A model generated the notes under the pieces. That model was not told the origin of the DNA, searched no databases, and saw only the letters and a program-made list of their open reading frames with translations. 64,000 nucleotides of DNA from positions 38,070,001 through 38,134,000 of the forward strand of contig NC_045696.1 in assembly GCF_009834535.1 (NCBI RefSeq). The letters run 5' to 3'. This DNA is from Camelus ferus (taxonomy: Eukaryota). The translations under genes were made by a program, and so were the position numbers. Positions 25,715 through 39,411 of the stretch are shown here, piece after piece. Position 1 is the first letter of the stretch. Each line of letters opens with the position of its first letter.

Positions 25715-26518
25715 GTACTAAGGGTTCTGCACCCACTTCTAATGTGTGGTTGGGGTTTTCGCTCACACCAAGGAGTTCTCTGACATCAGCAGCTGGATGT
25801 CTTACAATTCAACTCAATTGTGACACTATCTATCTGGAGATACTGCAAGATCTCGCAAGTTAAGGACTCAGTCCTGCCAGACTGCTCACTCACACCCACA
25901 ATTCAGATGCCAAGCCCAAATACGGGTTGTCACCAGTGCTTCTGAGCTACCAGCTATAGATTGGAGGTTCTAAGGACCCTCTCCTCGGTTAGCTAACGTG
26001 GCTCCCAGAACTCAGAGAAACATTGTGCTTCCTAAATTACTAGTTTATTATACTCAGGAATAGCCAGAAGTAAGAGATGCATAGGGCAAGATATAAGAAA
26101 AGGGCTCAGAGCTTCCACTCTCTCCCAGTGAGCACTCTCCCATCATCTCCAGGTGTTCACAAACCTGGAAGCTCTCCAAAGCCTCTCCTTTTGGGTTTTT
26201 ATGGAGGCTTCATTACATAGGCACAACTGATTAAATCACAGGCCAATGGTAATTGATACAATCTCCAGTCCCTCTCCCCTCCCCAGAAATAAAGGGGATG
26301 GGGCAGCAGGATTGAAATTTCCAACACTCTAATCACGTAGTTGGTTCTCCTGGCAACCAGCTCCCATCCTTAGGTTAAGTTCAAAAGCCACCTCATTCAC
26401 ATAATAAAAGACATCTTTTTCACTTTCATTTAGGAAATTCCAAAGGTTTAGGAGATTTGCACCAGAAAAGGGGACAAAGGTCAAATATACATTTCTTATT
26501 ACAAATCACAATTTTACA
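25715..26518 (-). mobile_element. Solo LTR, MER21-like
   Basis: The reverse complement starts tgtaaaattgtgatttgtaataagaaatgtatatttg; internal tacaattcaactcaattgtgacactatcta and gggtttttatggaggcttcattacataggc motifs. Confidence 0.8.
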
Positions 26519-29500
26519 GGTATACTAAATCCATTTTGGAATTAGATAAAGTGTAAATTAATTAAAGTCATTTCAAGCTTTTAAAAAATCCGTGCTACAA
26601 CTTTCATCTGTGTTAGACGACTTTCCAGGCAATGAGTGACTTATGTACACCTGTTAAAATTTGCACATATTTTTCAACATCATTAAGTCCTTAAACACTT
26701 ATAACAGAAGGAAGATGTAGTTTTCTGTGGACTTCCCCTCAAAAGTTTTAGAAATGACTTTAAGAACAAAGTCCTTCATCTCTAGTTGGCTCCAGATTTA
26801 TCTAGTTGAGCATTCTTCTCCCAATGAAGGATGAAGCTAAAATTCCATGGAGATACCTCGTTGGGGTCAATTTCAAGGACTTAGTCTAGGGAACAGTCTT
26901 AGTCTTGCATTCTCACTAGATAAATGAATCACCAACAATAAGAATCCAGTATAAGATCAGAGAACTGAATTTTTATGGTGACTTTTATTTCACAGCAATC
27001 ACTGCCACCCCATTACAGTATGGCTCATTTAACTCTGGTACTCGTCCTCAAATGATGTTGCGTCAGAATCATGGGGATCTGTACTCATTGGATTATCATC
27101 CAAAATCCAATCAGAAGAGTGAGGCTCTAATTTATACTTAGCTGTCTTAGCAGGAATATATTTGGGCACATGACATATCTAGACACTTATTTATTGAATT
27201 GTGTTGACTGGTCCATTGTTAACTCTGAATTACATATGTTCAGTTAAAATTTGCTGACCAGCTGAAGCCAAAAGTTAGTACAGAAATACTTCTATTTGCA
27301 AAGGGAAATAAAAAATGCTCCCAGAATAAAATCCTATATACACTGATACCTAATTCAATTTCCTTTACCCTGACAGAAGTTAAATATTCACCACCTGAAT
27401 CTATTAAATTTGAAATTTAAGAAATATACTGTGTAACCCTTAGAGAGGAAACTTTTAATCTATTCTATGTCTAGAACTACAATAATTTCAAAGAGTAAAC
27501 CCAAAAATGTGTGACTCTTTAAAATAATCCCATTTTAATTTCATTGTTAACTTAAGGCAGGTTATTGCTGGAGTAACTGAAAACAACACGCTGCAGCTCA
27601 GTCTTTGCTAAAATGTCCACCCTAATTCTCTTTGATACAATTTTTTCTTTCAATACAACCATCTCACCTTCTGAACATTATTACCCAACAAAGTACCATT
27701 ATCCAGATGGATCTAACACACAATGGGTGAAAGCAGGAACTTTATCAAACAATCTAATGTCAATATTTTACCCTCCTAACTGAATTATTGTGAGAATTAA
27801 ACCATGTAAAGTGCTGAAAATATTGGCATACTGTAAGTGCTCAGTAAATATTATTCTTGCTGTTTTATTACTTACAAAAAGGACTTTAAAGGACTTTTTA
27901 GAGAAAGTGTAGTCTTCCAATAGTTCAGCTCAATATAACAGAGTTTGATATTGCTGCTTGATGTCAAAACAATTCTGAATTTTGGATTCAGAATTTGAAT
28001 TCCAGTTGATTTCTTAATCATTTCCTTATGCATGCATTTATTTTTCATTGTATGTCTTCTTCCAAGTATAATGTACATTCCACAAAAACAGAGCCTTTTT
28101 TATCTTCACTGTGTCCCCAACATCTCTGACAGTTTCTAAACATTCTTAATAAGTATTTCATTAATTATCAAATAATTGTTTTCCTTATGAAACTTGCATG
28201 GGTGTTTAGGTGAAGAGGACACTCAAGACACTCCTGGGTGACCACGAGAAAACTTGGGCCCTCCTGCTTTTATCGTAAAACAATCTTAATGTTTCAACTC
28301 AAGCTGATTAGGAGATAAATAGATACAGATGTTTGCCAGAATTCAAAGTTTAATATTGGGTGATAGAAGTATGAGTTATATTTATTTATTCTTATAGTTT
28401 CTACAACAGGTAAATACTACCTTTTTCAATAAGAATGTGTACTCTAGTAAGTTAAATCACAGGAAACTTATTATTTAATTCTCTAAATACAATCTACAAT
28501 TTGAAAAAGAAAACAGAGAATACCACAAAAATGTTGCTACATCTTTGTCAATTATCTGGAATTGAGAAAATATTTGGTATCTAGTATACCCAGTACATTC
28601 AATTAGTCAACACTTCGACCACTACCAGAGACTCCAGCTGGAAAAGTATATGCCCATATGGCAACATATCAGTTCCTAGTTAATGACATTTTTTCCCAAA
28701 GTCACTGGTAATTTTTTTTAGAGTATGTGTGGAACTTCTGCCAAGATTAGACATGACTGAGCATCACCTGTCCTTTCCTTCTAGGCCCATATTCCGAGCT
28801 ACACAAATGACCAAGTTATATGAACAAAAGGAAAAGTCCGATGAAAGTGAAAGCAAATGAGAAAAAAGAAAGAATCTCTCTCTCTAAACCTAAGCATAAG
28901 TAGCCAAATGTACACAATCACTTCTTTCTACATTGGGAGAATCTTGTGAACTGAAAGAAGTCATGACTATTTAAACCCTTCTAACACACAAAGAGGAAAG
29001 CATACCTAAATGCTTGAAATTCAAAGAAGAAAGAAAGACTGTGGTACTGATGCGAAAATATCATATCTCCCTTTTCTTTAAGAGGGAAAGAATAGGAACT
29101 GGAAGAAATCCAACTCTCCAATTCATTGTCTTTTATATTTCCCTTAAAGCATTGAAATAAACCTGTGTATTTTTGTGTTTACTTTATATTAATGCTTCTC
29201 CCACTAAAATATGGGCATCATGAGGGCAGTATATGACCTTGAATATAGATAACGTTCAAAAATCATTTGTTGAATAAATTTAATTAAATTAACAAGAATA
29301 GCATTAATTTAATAGTAAGTTTATAGAGTTCCTTATAGAACTGTTTTAGAACTCTAGTTCACTTACATAAATGAATGTGTGTATGTGTGTGCATGTTTTG
29401 TGCGTAACACAGGACATTCATAATTCAGTTTCTACCATAGTCTATGGTGATCACAGACTACATGAGTATTTCATTTACTCCCTTGTACTGATACTGAAGC

Positions 29501-32500
29501 TGTAACTCTACTCGAATTCTGTAATTCATATAATTCATAGACAATATTGCTAAGCTCATAATAGCATATCTATGTGCTGGCTTACTTATTTCATATGATA
29601 TTCATGGTCATATTATTTTAAGAGGAAGATAAATACATGTATATCTTATCTGCACTGGATATAAATCTCTCTTGCTCATTCTCTCCATCTCCCTCTGCTT
29701 TCAACTTAATTGAAACAGGGAGGTACTGCAGATCTCCTTTGCACACTTTTTCTCTTCAACCGATCTATTTGGTAGCGTGTCTTTCATATTATAATAACAT
29801 AGACTGTTATGCATTATTTTTAAACATTTTGTTACACTAGTCATTCTTTTATTTTGGATTTCATTCAAATGAATATCATAAGCAAAATATTCCCTTTCTT
29901 ACACTATGCTCACTGTTACGATCTATCTTTACTTTTTTTAACACCTTTATTGTGATATATGATTCCTATACAGTAAACTACATGTATTTCAGATGTATAA
30001 TTTGACTAATTTTGATAGATGTATATGTTTTAATTTTAAAAAGAAACTTTCAAGACTTTAATGTAGACAATACTGAAATGAATATTATTGTGTATGTTCA
30101 TGAAAGAAGAATAAAAGAAACTCCATTTCAAGACAGCTTACATAAAAGCAGCAGGAGAATTTCAATGCATTGTAAATGAGAAGCATAAAAATATAAAATT
30201 TATACTAGGCTATGCCCACTCTGCTCCATGATGCAACCTAGGCCAGAAAAACATTGTATGGACACATATATCTTACACCAGTAATTAACTCTGAGAAACT
30301 AAGTACCTTGGATATATCAATTATACAATGAAAATACATTATTTTCATTGAATTATATGAATTATTTCTCTGATAAAACAATTTTATTATTTGGAAATGT
30401 TATCAAACTGTAGATCTTGGATGTTAAAGCTTAAAAAAGTATAATTTCAAAAGACTTCATAAATATTTTAAATTCCACTTATTTCAGTTATTTTTCTACC
30501 ATGTTTACCAAGGGTACTTTTTAAAATGACCTACATTAACAACATCCTATAATGCTAGAATATTTATAGACATAATGATTCTCAGAGATAACCATATAAC
30601 CAATAAAATTGAGTTAATGTTTTTATAATAAAAAATTAAGAAAAAATGAGCATTGAGGAGATGCTTTGTTAAAGTATTCTAACTAATTGGATGAATAAGC
30701 ATAATGATATGATTATACACAGGCATTTGTATAATATTAATAACAAATGAAATTATTTTATGCTATTAACAAATAACTCAATATGTTGACTTCAAAACCC
30801 AATTTAATCTATGTTCTTAATCACTTAATTTAAATTAGAAAAAATAAATGAGTTTTGGCAATCTGATATGTTTATTAGCAAAAAACAATCATGTAACACA
30901 ATTAATGAATGATTCAGTTAAAGTAGGCATCATTACCAATTTTTTAAAGATATTAGATACCAAAGTAAAATTTAGTCTAAAACTGTATGTAAACTTTGGA
31001 TGGTTTATATAAGTATTTTCTCATAATTGCTTATGAGCAATTTTTGACCAGAGGGTTTTGCAGACTAGGAATTAGATTTACACAGACCTAGCTGCACTTT
31101 CATTCTTGGGTCTCTTTGAAGGAAGAATTCTATTTTAGAGTAATAGTAAATTATAAAATCATACTATATGCCTCAGCAGAATATAGATTTTTTTTTTGCA
31201 AGAACAAGTAGTATTGACTTCTGGTTTTAGCTCTGACAAATAAAGACTGGAAGTCATCACTCCCCTTGTACAGCAAGCAAACGCTGAACAACTGAAAATC
31301 AATGACATTAATTAGACTCATCTGAGAATTGAGGGCACAGGATAGAGTCCAACCCAAAATCTGTAGAGACAGGCGAATACAGAGAAGCACAGCCTATATC
31401 AGCTTACCAGAATCATAACTAATTACAGGCATATCTTGGTAGAAATAAGTAAGTTTGATAAATTGCCAGAGGCAGAATGTAGCCTAATGAGAGAATGAGA
31501 ACCTCCTGAATTTCATAGTCTTGGGAATCCCCCATATTTTAATAGTTTTAATGTCTAGGAATCCAGCCAGGTTCTCATGATGAAGAAGCAAGAAATACTC
31601 TCGTGTTTCTGACAAGGATGAGGAAAGAAAACCATTTCAATATATACCAGGAACATTCTTCATAACAAAGTTCTACCCAGCAAGAGAAAAACTTTACCAG
31701 AGACTGATATTATATGGAGGAAGGGAAATTCCCCAGCTATAGCCTTTCTCTAGTCCTTCTGTCTCACCTAAGGGAGAAAAAGATAAAGCTGAGAAACACC
31801 TGTGAGATCACAGACCAGGGCCACAGACTCACTAAAAGAATGAGACAATCAGAGGGCTACTGAACCCTTCTCCTCCCACTACATCTTGCCATCACATCAA
31901 TATGGATTCAATATGATAACATTGGATCATAGCTAAAAGAGCCAGCAAAGCTCAGATTCTATTTAAAATGGATGTTTAGGGAAACCTAAAAAAACACAGG
32001 GGAATTTAAAAAACAAACGAACAGCAAAGACAATAAAGGAAATTGAAGCCTCTGATGTCTAAAGCTACAGCAAGCATTGAACACAACCCAATTTCAAGCC
32101 AAATTAACATAAAACTTCTCACTAAGATCCTATTTATGTCAGTTCCCATTACCTGATATATCATGCTTGGCTTTCACCAAAAAACTCCTAAGGTAAGAAA
32201 AAAATACAGTGTAAAGAAACAAAGTCAGAATCAAAACCAGATTCAGGTGTAACAGAGATACTGGATCTATGAAACTGGGAATTAAAAAACTGATTAACAG
32301 GCTAAGGGATCTAGTGAAAAAGGAAACAATGGAAAAGAACAAATGGGTAATATAAGCTGAGAAATGGAAATTCAAAGAAAGAGTAATTTTTAAAAACCCT
32401 AGAAATAAAAACAACATGACAGAATGGAGAGTTCTTTTGATGAGCTCACTAGGGAAGTGTCAGTGAACCTGAAGACAGGTGGATACAAACCTTCCAAGCT

Positions 32501-35178
32501 GAAAGGTAAAGAGGAAAAGTAATGGAAAAAAATCCAAGAATTGTGAAACAATTTCAAAATGTGTAATTACACGTTATTGGAATACCAGAAGGAGAAGAAA
32601 GACACACTGGAGCTGAAAAAAATATTTGAAGAATATTAGAAGAAAAATTTCCAAAATTAATTGCAAACACCAAACCACAAAACAGGGAGCTAGCTGTTTT
32701 GAAAGCACCAAACAGGATAAATACCAAAAAAAAACTAAAACTAAGTGTTTCATATTCAAATTGTAGAAAACCAAAGATAAAGAAAAACCCTAGAAGCAAA
32801 TAGAGAAATAAACATCTTACCTATAGAGGAACAAGAATAAGAATTACACCAACTTCTTGCTAGAAACCATGCAAGCAAGAAAACACTGAAGTGAAATATT
32901 CAAAGTGTTGAAGGAAAAAACCCAGCAACTTGGAAGGAATTCTATATGCAGTGATATTATCAGTCATATGAGGAAAAAATGCTTTCTCAGATAAATAAAA
33001 CAGAGAATTCATCAGTAGTAGACTTGCCCTGCAAGAAATGCTAAAAATTTTTTCAGGGAGAAAGAAAGTGATACTCAAATTGACATAAAGAAAGGAAGAG
33101 ATTTAGAGAAGGAATAAAAGAAGGTACAATAAAATATTTTACTTTTCTTATTCTTGATACAATATATGAGTATTTATTCAACAAAATAACAGCAGCAATA
33201 TAGAGAGTGATTATAGCATACCTATATATGAAATGAATGAAAGCAATGCTGTAGGGGGCAGGAAGGAAAAATTAGTAATACTCTATTATAAGCTGCTTGC
33301 ACTATTCATAAAGTGGTATGGTATTATTTAAGAGCAGACTTAATTACTTATAAATGCATACTGCAAATTCTAGGGTGACCACTAAAAATAATTTAAAAGT
33401 AAGTGTAACTGATATGTTAAAAGATACAAAAAAAAAGGAATTGCATAAAATGCTTCATTAAAAGCAAAAGCACAGAAAAACAGGGAAAAATAAAAATCAA
33501 GAACAATACAACAAATAGAAAGTAGTTACATGAGAAATATAAATCAACTATTTCAATAATCACTTTAAGTGTGAATGGTGTAAAAATATCAATTAAAAGA
33601 GATCGATAAAATGGATATAATATTTTTTAAAAATCCAACTAAATGTTGTCTACAAGAAACTAACTTTAAATCTAAAGACTCAGATAGGTTAAAAGATGGG
33701 ATGGAGAAAAATATAATATGCTACCACTAATCTAAAAGAAGTAGGAATAGCTACATTAATTTTTTAAAAAGCAGATTTCAAAACAGGGAAAATTATTAAG
33801 GATAAAGAGAGAAATTATATAATGATAAGGAGGTCAATTCTCTAAGAAAACATGACAACGCATATCCACTTAAAAATAGAGTTTCAAAATGTGAGGCTAA
33901 AACTTCAAGGAGAAATAAACTAATCCATTCTTATAATTAAAAACTTCAACATTCCTCTTTTGGTAATAGATCAATTAGGCAGAAAATCACTAAGGATATG
34001 GTTGATAGAACAGTAGTATCTATCAACTAGATCTAATTAAGTTTTATAGAACACTTCATCCAAAAATAGCAAAATATACATTATTAAGCTTATGTAGAAC
34101 ATTCACTACTATAGACCACATTTAGGGCCATAAAACCATTTGACAAATTTAAAAGAATAAAAATACAAAGTGTGCTCTCAGATTAGAATGAAATTAAACT
34201 AGAAATCAATAACAGAAAGATGGCCAGAATTCTCTTGAGTATCTGCAGATTAAACGAAACATTACTTAATTACATATCAATCGAAGTCTCATGAGAAATT
34301 TTATAATTACTATTAATTGATTGAAAATGAAAATTTATCATAATTTGTAGGATGCAGTGAAAGCAATGCTTAGAGGGAAATTTACATGTTAGAAATGAAT
34401 AAAGATATAAATTCAATAGTCTTAGCCTCTGCGTAATAAGAAACTAAAGAAAGAAAAGCAATTTAAGCCTAAAGAAATCACAAAAACATAAGATGAAGAG
34501 CAGAAATCAGGGAAATTGAAACCAAGAAAACAACAGAGAAAAACCAACAAAGCCAAAAGCTGGTTCTTCGAAAAGACAAATAAAATTGACAAATCCCTAG
34601 GTAGCACAACCAAGAAAAAAAAGAGAGAAGATACAACTTACCAATATTAGACATAAAAATTGGTTGTAACTACTGATTCAGGGACATCAAAATGATATAA
34701 AAATATTAAGAACTCTATGCTTGCAGATTTGATAATTTGATTAATTCCTGAAAGAAATATACTACCAAAACTCACAAATGTACAAACAGATAATCTGAAT
34801 AGGCCTGTTATATATTAAAGAAATCAAATCAATAATTAATGACCTTTTTAAAAGGCTCATATGAATTCACTGGTGAGTATTACCAAAAGTTTAAGCAGCA
34901 TTCTCTATAATTTCTTCCAGCAAACAGAAGTAGAGAGAACATTTCCTAACTCAATCTATGAGGCCACTCTTAACCCAAATACCAAAACCAGATAGACAAT
35001 ACAAGAGAGAAAAGCTACAGACCAATATCTCTCATGAACATAGATTCTAAACAAAATAATAGCAAATTAAATCCAAAAAGATATAAAAGAAATTACACAC
35101 CATGAACAAGTGAGATTTATTCTAGTTATGCAAAACTATTTAACATTTGAAAATCAGTTAATATAATTCACAATATCA

Positions 35179-36857
35179 TTTTAATTAGGTCCTATTTGCT
35201 TATTTTTGCTTTTATTTCCATTACTCTAGGAGATGAATCCAAAAACATATTGCTGCAATTTATATCAGAGAATGTTCTGCCTATGTTTTCCTCTAGGAGA
35301 TTTAGAGTATTTGGTCTTCAATTCATTTTGAGTTTATTTTTGTATACAGTGTTACAGAATGTTCTAATTTCAGTCTTTTACTGTCCAGTGTTCCCAGCAC
35401 CACACTCTCATTTCTCCATTGTATATTCTTATCTCCTTTGTCATAGATCAATTGACCATAAGTGAATGGGTTTATTTCTGGGCTTTCTATCCTGTTCCAC
35501 TGATCTGTGTGTCTGGTTTTGTGCTAGTAACATATTATTTTTGATCATAACTTTGTAGCTTTGCATTATAGTCTGAAATCAAGGAACGTGATTCCTCCAG
35601 TTCCACTCTTCTTTCTCAAGATTGTTTTGGCTATTTAGGATCTTTGGTCTTTATACACAAATTTTAAAATTTTTGTCCTAGTTCTGTGAACAGTGTCACT
35701 GGTAATTTGATAGGGATTTACTGAATCTGTATATTGCCTTAGGTAGTATGGCCATTTTAACAATATTGATTCTTCCAATCCAAGAGTACAGTATATATTT
35801 CCATCTGTTTGTGTTGTCTTCAATTTCTTTAATTGGTGTCATATAATTTTCAGGGTACAGGTCTTTTGCTTCCTCAGGTAAATTTATTCCTAGGTATTTT
35901 ATTCTTTTTGATGTGATGGCAAATAGTGTTGTTTCCTTAATTTCTTTTTCTGATATTTTGTTGTTAGTGTACAGAAATGCAACAGATTTTTTTACATTAG
36001 TTTTGTTTCCTGAAACTCTACCAAATTCACTGATGAACTCTAGTAGTTTTCTGACAGTGTTTTTAGGATTTTCTATGTATAGTATCTTGTCATCTGCAAA
36101 CAATGACAGTTCTACTTCTTCTTTTCCAACTTGGATTCCTTTTCTTTCTTTTTCTTTTCTGATTGCTGTGGTTAGGTCTTCCAAAACTTCATTGAAAGTG
36201 ACAAAATGGGCATCCTTATCTTGTTCCTGATCTTAGACGACTAAAATGAAACTTAAAAGCTTTTTCACAGCAAAGGAACCCTTAAACAAAATGAAAAGAC
36301 AGCCTATGGGATGCATGAAAATATTTGCAAATGATGTGACCGACAAGGATCAATTTTGAAAATATACAAACAGCTCATACAGCTTAATATTAAAAAAAAT
36401 TTAAAAAATAGGCAAAAGAATTAAATAGACATTTCTACAAAGGAGACATACTGATGGCCAGCAGGCACATGTGAAATGCTCAATATTGCTAATTACTGAA
36501 GAAATGCAAATCAGTACTACAATGAGGTATCACCTCATACCAGTTAGAATGGTCTTCACCAAAAAGTCCACAAATAAATGCTGGAGAGAGTGTAAAGAAA
36601 AGGGAACCCTCCTAGACTGTTGCTAGGAATGTAAATTGATGCAGCCACTATGGAAAACAGCATGGAGGTTCTTCAAAGAACTAAAAATAGATATACCATA
36701 TGATCTTGCAATCTCAGTCCTGGGCATATATCGAGAGAAAACTCTAATTCAAAAATGTACATGCACCCTATTGTCCATAGCAGCACTATTTACAGTAGCC
36801 AAGACATGAAAACAACCTAAATGTCCATTGACAAATGAATGGATAAAGATGTGGCAA

Positions 36858-36899
<42 letters not shown>

Positions 36900-37408
36900 A
36901 TTGAACATTACTCAGCCATAAAAAAGAATGAAATAATGCCACTTGTAGCAACATCGATAAATGTACAGATTACCATATTAAATGAAGTAAGTCTGAGCAA
37001 GAAAAATATCATATGACATCACTCATAAGTGGAATTCAAAAAAAGATACAAATGAACTTATTTACAAACCAGAAATAGACTCACAGACATAGAAACAAAC
37101 TTATGGTTACCAAAGGGGAAAGGAGTGGAGAGATAAATTAGGAGCCTGGGGTTAATATGTACACACTACTATATATAAAATAGATAAACAACAAGGACCT
37201 ACTGTATAGCACAGAAAACTATATTCAATATCTAGCAATAACTTACAGTGGAGAAGAATCTGAAAAGGAGTGTATGTATAACTGAATCACTTTGCTGTAC
37301 ACCTGAAACTAACATGGCATTGTAAATCAACTATGTTTGAATAAAAATTTAAAAATTAAAAAAAAAGCAAAAAACAAAAAATGCATTACCAGAATTGAAA
37401 AAAAATAC
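35179..37408 (+). mobile_element. 5'-inverted (twin-primed) L1: inverted ORF2 segment ~35179-36235, forward 3' segment ~36240-37380
   Basis: Minus-strand ORF 35696-36184 encodes L1 reverse transcriptase ([18 protein letters not shown]); TSD ataattcacaa(t/c)atca at 35163-35178 and 37409-37424. Confidence 0.95.
36860..36896. repeat. (TG)n microsatellite inside the L1
   Basis: About 18 perfect TG units. Confidence 0.95.
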
Positions 37409-38068
37409 ATAATTCACAACATCAAAGGTAAAAGAAAACTATCATATGATCATATGCAGAAAAAGCACTTGGTAAAATCCAATACCCACACATGATAAAA
37501 ACTCTCAACAACTAGGATTAGAGGGCAACTTCTTAAACCTGATTAAGGACACATACAAAAACCCTACTGCTAACAGCATACTTAATGATAAAAAACTAGA
37601 CACTGTTCTTTAAGATTTGGAAGAACAAGACAGAGGATAATGCCTCTCACTATTACTTTTAAACATTGTACTGGAAGCCCTAAGCAGTGCAATAAGACAG
37701 AAAAATAGACTATAAGGTATACAAACTGGGAAGGAAGAATAACATTATCTTTTTTCATAGACAACATGCTTGGCTATTTAAAAAAATCCCAAGGAAACAA
37801 CCAAAGAAACTCCTAGTACTAAGAATCACCTATAGCAATATTGGAGGATATAAGGTTAACACACATAAGTCAGGGTTTTTTTAATACTAGCAATGGAAAA
37901 TTGGAATTTGAAAGTAATGTGTATACTGGCATACACCAGCACAACATCTCTTAGAGGTCTGCTGAGAGCTCCCTGTAAACAGTATGTCATAGGGACCATG
38001 GAAGAGAACTTGGAGGGCTCCCAAAGTGTAACAGACATGGTACGACTACTGTCAACTATCTCTCGATC

Positions 38069-38258
38069 TGTGGTTCTCAATTAGGGGAGATTTTGCCTCC
38101 CAGGGAACATTTGGCAATGTCCAGAGACATTTTTGGCTATCAAAACTGGTTCGGGGCTGCCCTGGTATCTAGGGGTAGAGGATAGCAATGCTGCTAAACA
38201 TCCTACAATGTATAAGACAGCCCCTGGCCCCTCAGCAAAGAATTATCTGACCCAAAAT
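38069..38258 (+). mobile_element. MER20 (hAT-Charlie)
   Basis: gtggttctcaattaggggagattttgcctcccagggaacatttggcaatgtccagagacattttt...tgctgctaaacatcctacaatg. Confidence 0.9.
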
Positions 38259-39261
38259 AAGGTTGGACCGCTCTGCACTACATAAACACAAATGCCCAAC
38301 CCATGCTTAAATTAGACGGTTTCAATCAAAGTAAGAAAGGAAAGACTTGGGGTTGACTGAGATATCACAGAGTCAATCATACTGCAATAAATGTAAATGA
38401 TAACTTCTATATATCTAATAGATCCATTTGTGTAATGTTCACCACAGAGAGAATAGGGCATTTTGCTTATTTTTAAAGATATGTAATGAGGAACAACAGA
38501 AAAGTAAACAGATAATTATTAGAAAAATTGAACCAATATTGAAATCATGATGCTCACATTTGAATTGAGTAAATGTCAGAGGCAGAGATTCACAAAGTTC
38601 ATCCCTTGGTGATAGAAACTTGAATGTATCTTTGAAGTGGAAGAGAAAGTGCATTTCTAGGTCTCCCCTTATCATTTATCAAGAGAACTAGTACTATCTT
38701 TGCTTATTTTTTTTTAAATTACTGTTCAGGATTCTGATAAGATGCAAAAGCCAGAGAGCTGTTTTCTAAGGAAAATCTGTTTCCAGTTTAAGCTCTTTAA
38801 TCATGGAGTAGTAGTGCTGCTTACAAACTAAATAAACGTAGAATGTGTTGAGTACTTCACTAGCTACCTTATATCCCTCTCTTATTTTTGTTTCTTTTTT
38901 GGGGGAATCCCATAATTAAAGAGGGTTATGCAGCTAACACTCCAGGTATAGAAAGACATTGCATCCAGCTAGGGACTAGCGATCTATAATTTGATAGATC
39001 TGTCACTAAATTTCAAAATGGGATTCAAAAAGCAGGAAGAGAGTCAAACTTTGACAGTGATGACCTGTCTAAAGTGAAAATAAGGAAGATGGTGAATTGC
39101 TTATTCAAAATGCTGAGAGTAATAGGTCATGACACTGCTTTCAAGAAGCAGAAACTGTGATAATTAAACAAATGAGACATTACAAAAAAACTCATTTGGT
39201 TAACGTGTTCTTCAGTGATGAATGTTTCCCTTTACTTTCCAAAATTCAAGAAAGTATTTTG

Positions 39262-39411
39262 TTTTCATATTCTTTTTCATATAGGTTACTACAAGATTTT
39301 GAATATAGTTCCCTGTGCTATACAGTATAAACTTACGTATATGCATGACTGAACTATTATGCTGTACACCAGAAATTGACAGAACATTGTAAACTGACTA
39401 TACTTCAATTA
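39262..39411 (+). mobile_element. Miniature 5'-inverted L1 3'-UTR insertion
   Basis: ~39262-39334 is the reverse complement of the 3' UTR segment lying just upstream of the forward piece ~39335-39411 (compare 49020-49175); imperfect TSD. Confidence 0.85.

Larger units (their letters stand above)
20491..28810 (+). pseudogene. Candidate decayed multi-exon gene or spliced non-coding transcript (exon-like units 20491-20607/20611, 22080-22154, 25261-25382, 26996-27118, 28785-28810)
   Basis: Five non-repetitive segments each follow a long pyrimidine tract plus AG, and the first four end at GT-type donors. 26996-27118 is an open, symmetric 123-nt frame; the upstream units contain stops. No protein family recognised. 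Confidence 0.35.
31216..37920 (+). mobile_element. Old L1M (L1MC/MD-type): 5' UTR, decayed ORF1 and ORF2 to the RT region; split by a younger L1 at 35179-37408
   Basis: 5' end gacttctggttttagctctgac; ORF1-like 32300-33060; endonuclease-like text (tgttgtctacaagaaac) near 33640; ORF2 resumes collinearly after 37424. Confidence 0.9.

Noticed and set aside
35696..36184. Longest ORF (162 aa) as a host gene
   Set aside because: It is a fragment of L1 ORF2 reverse transcriptase (FADD motif) within the inverted L1 segment.
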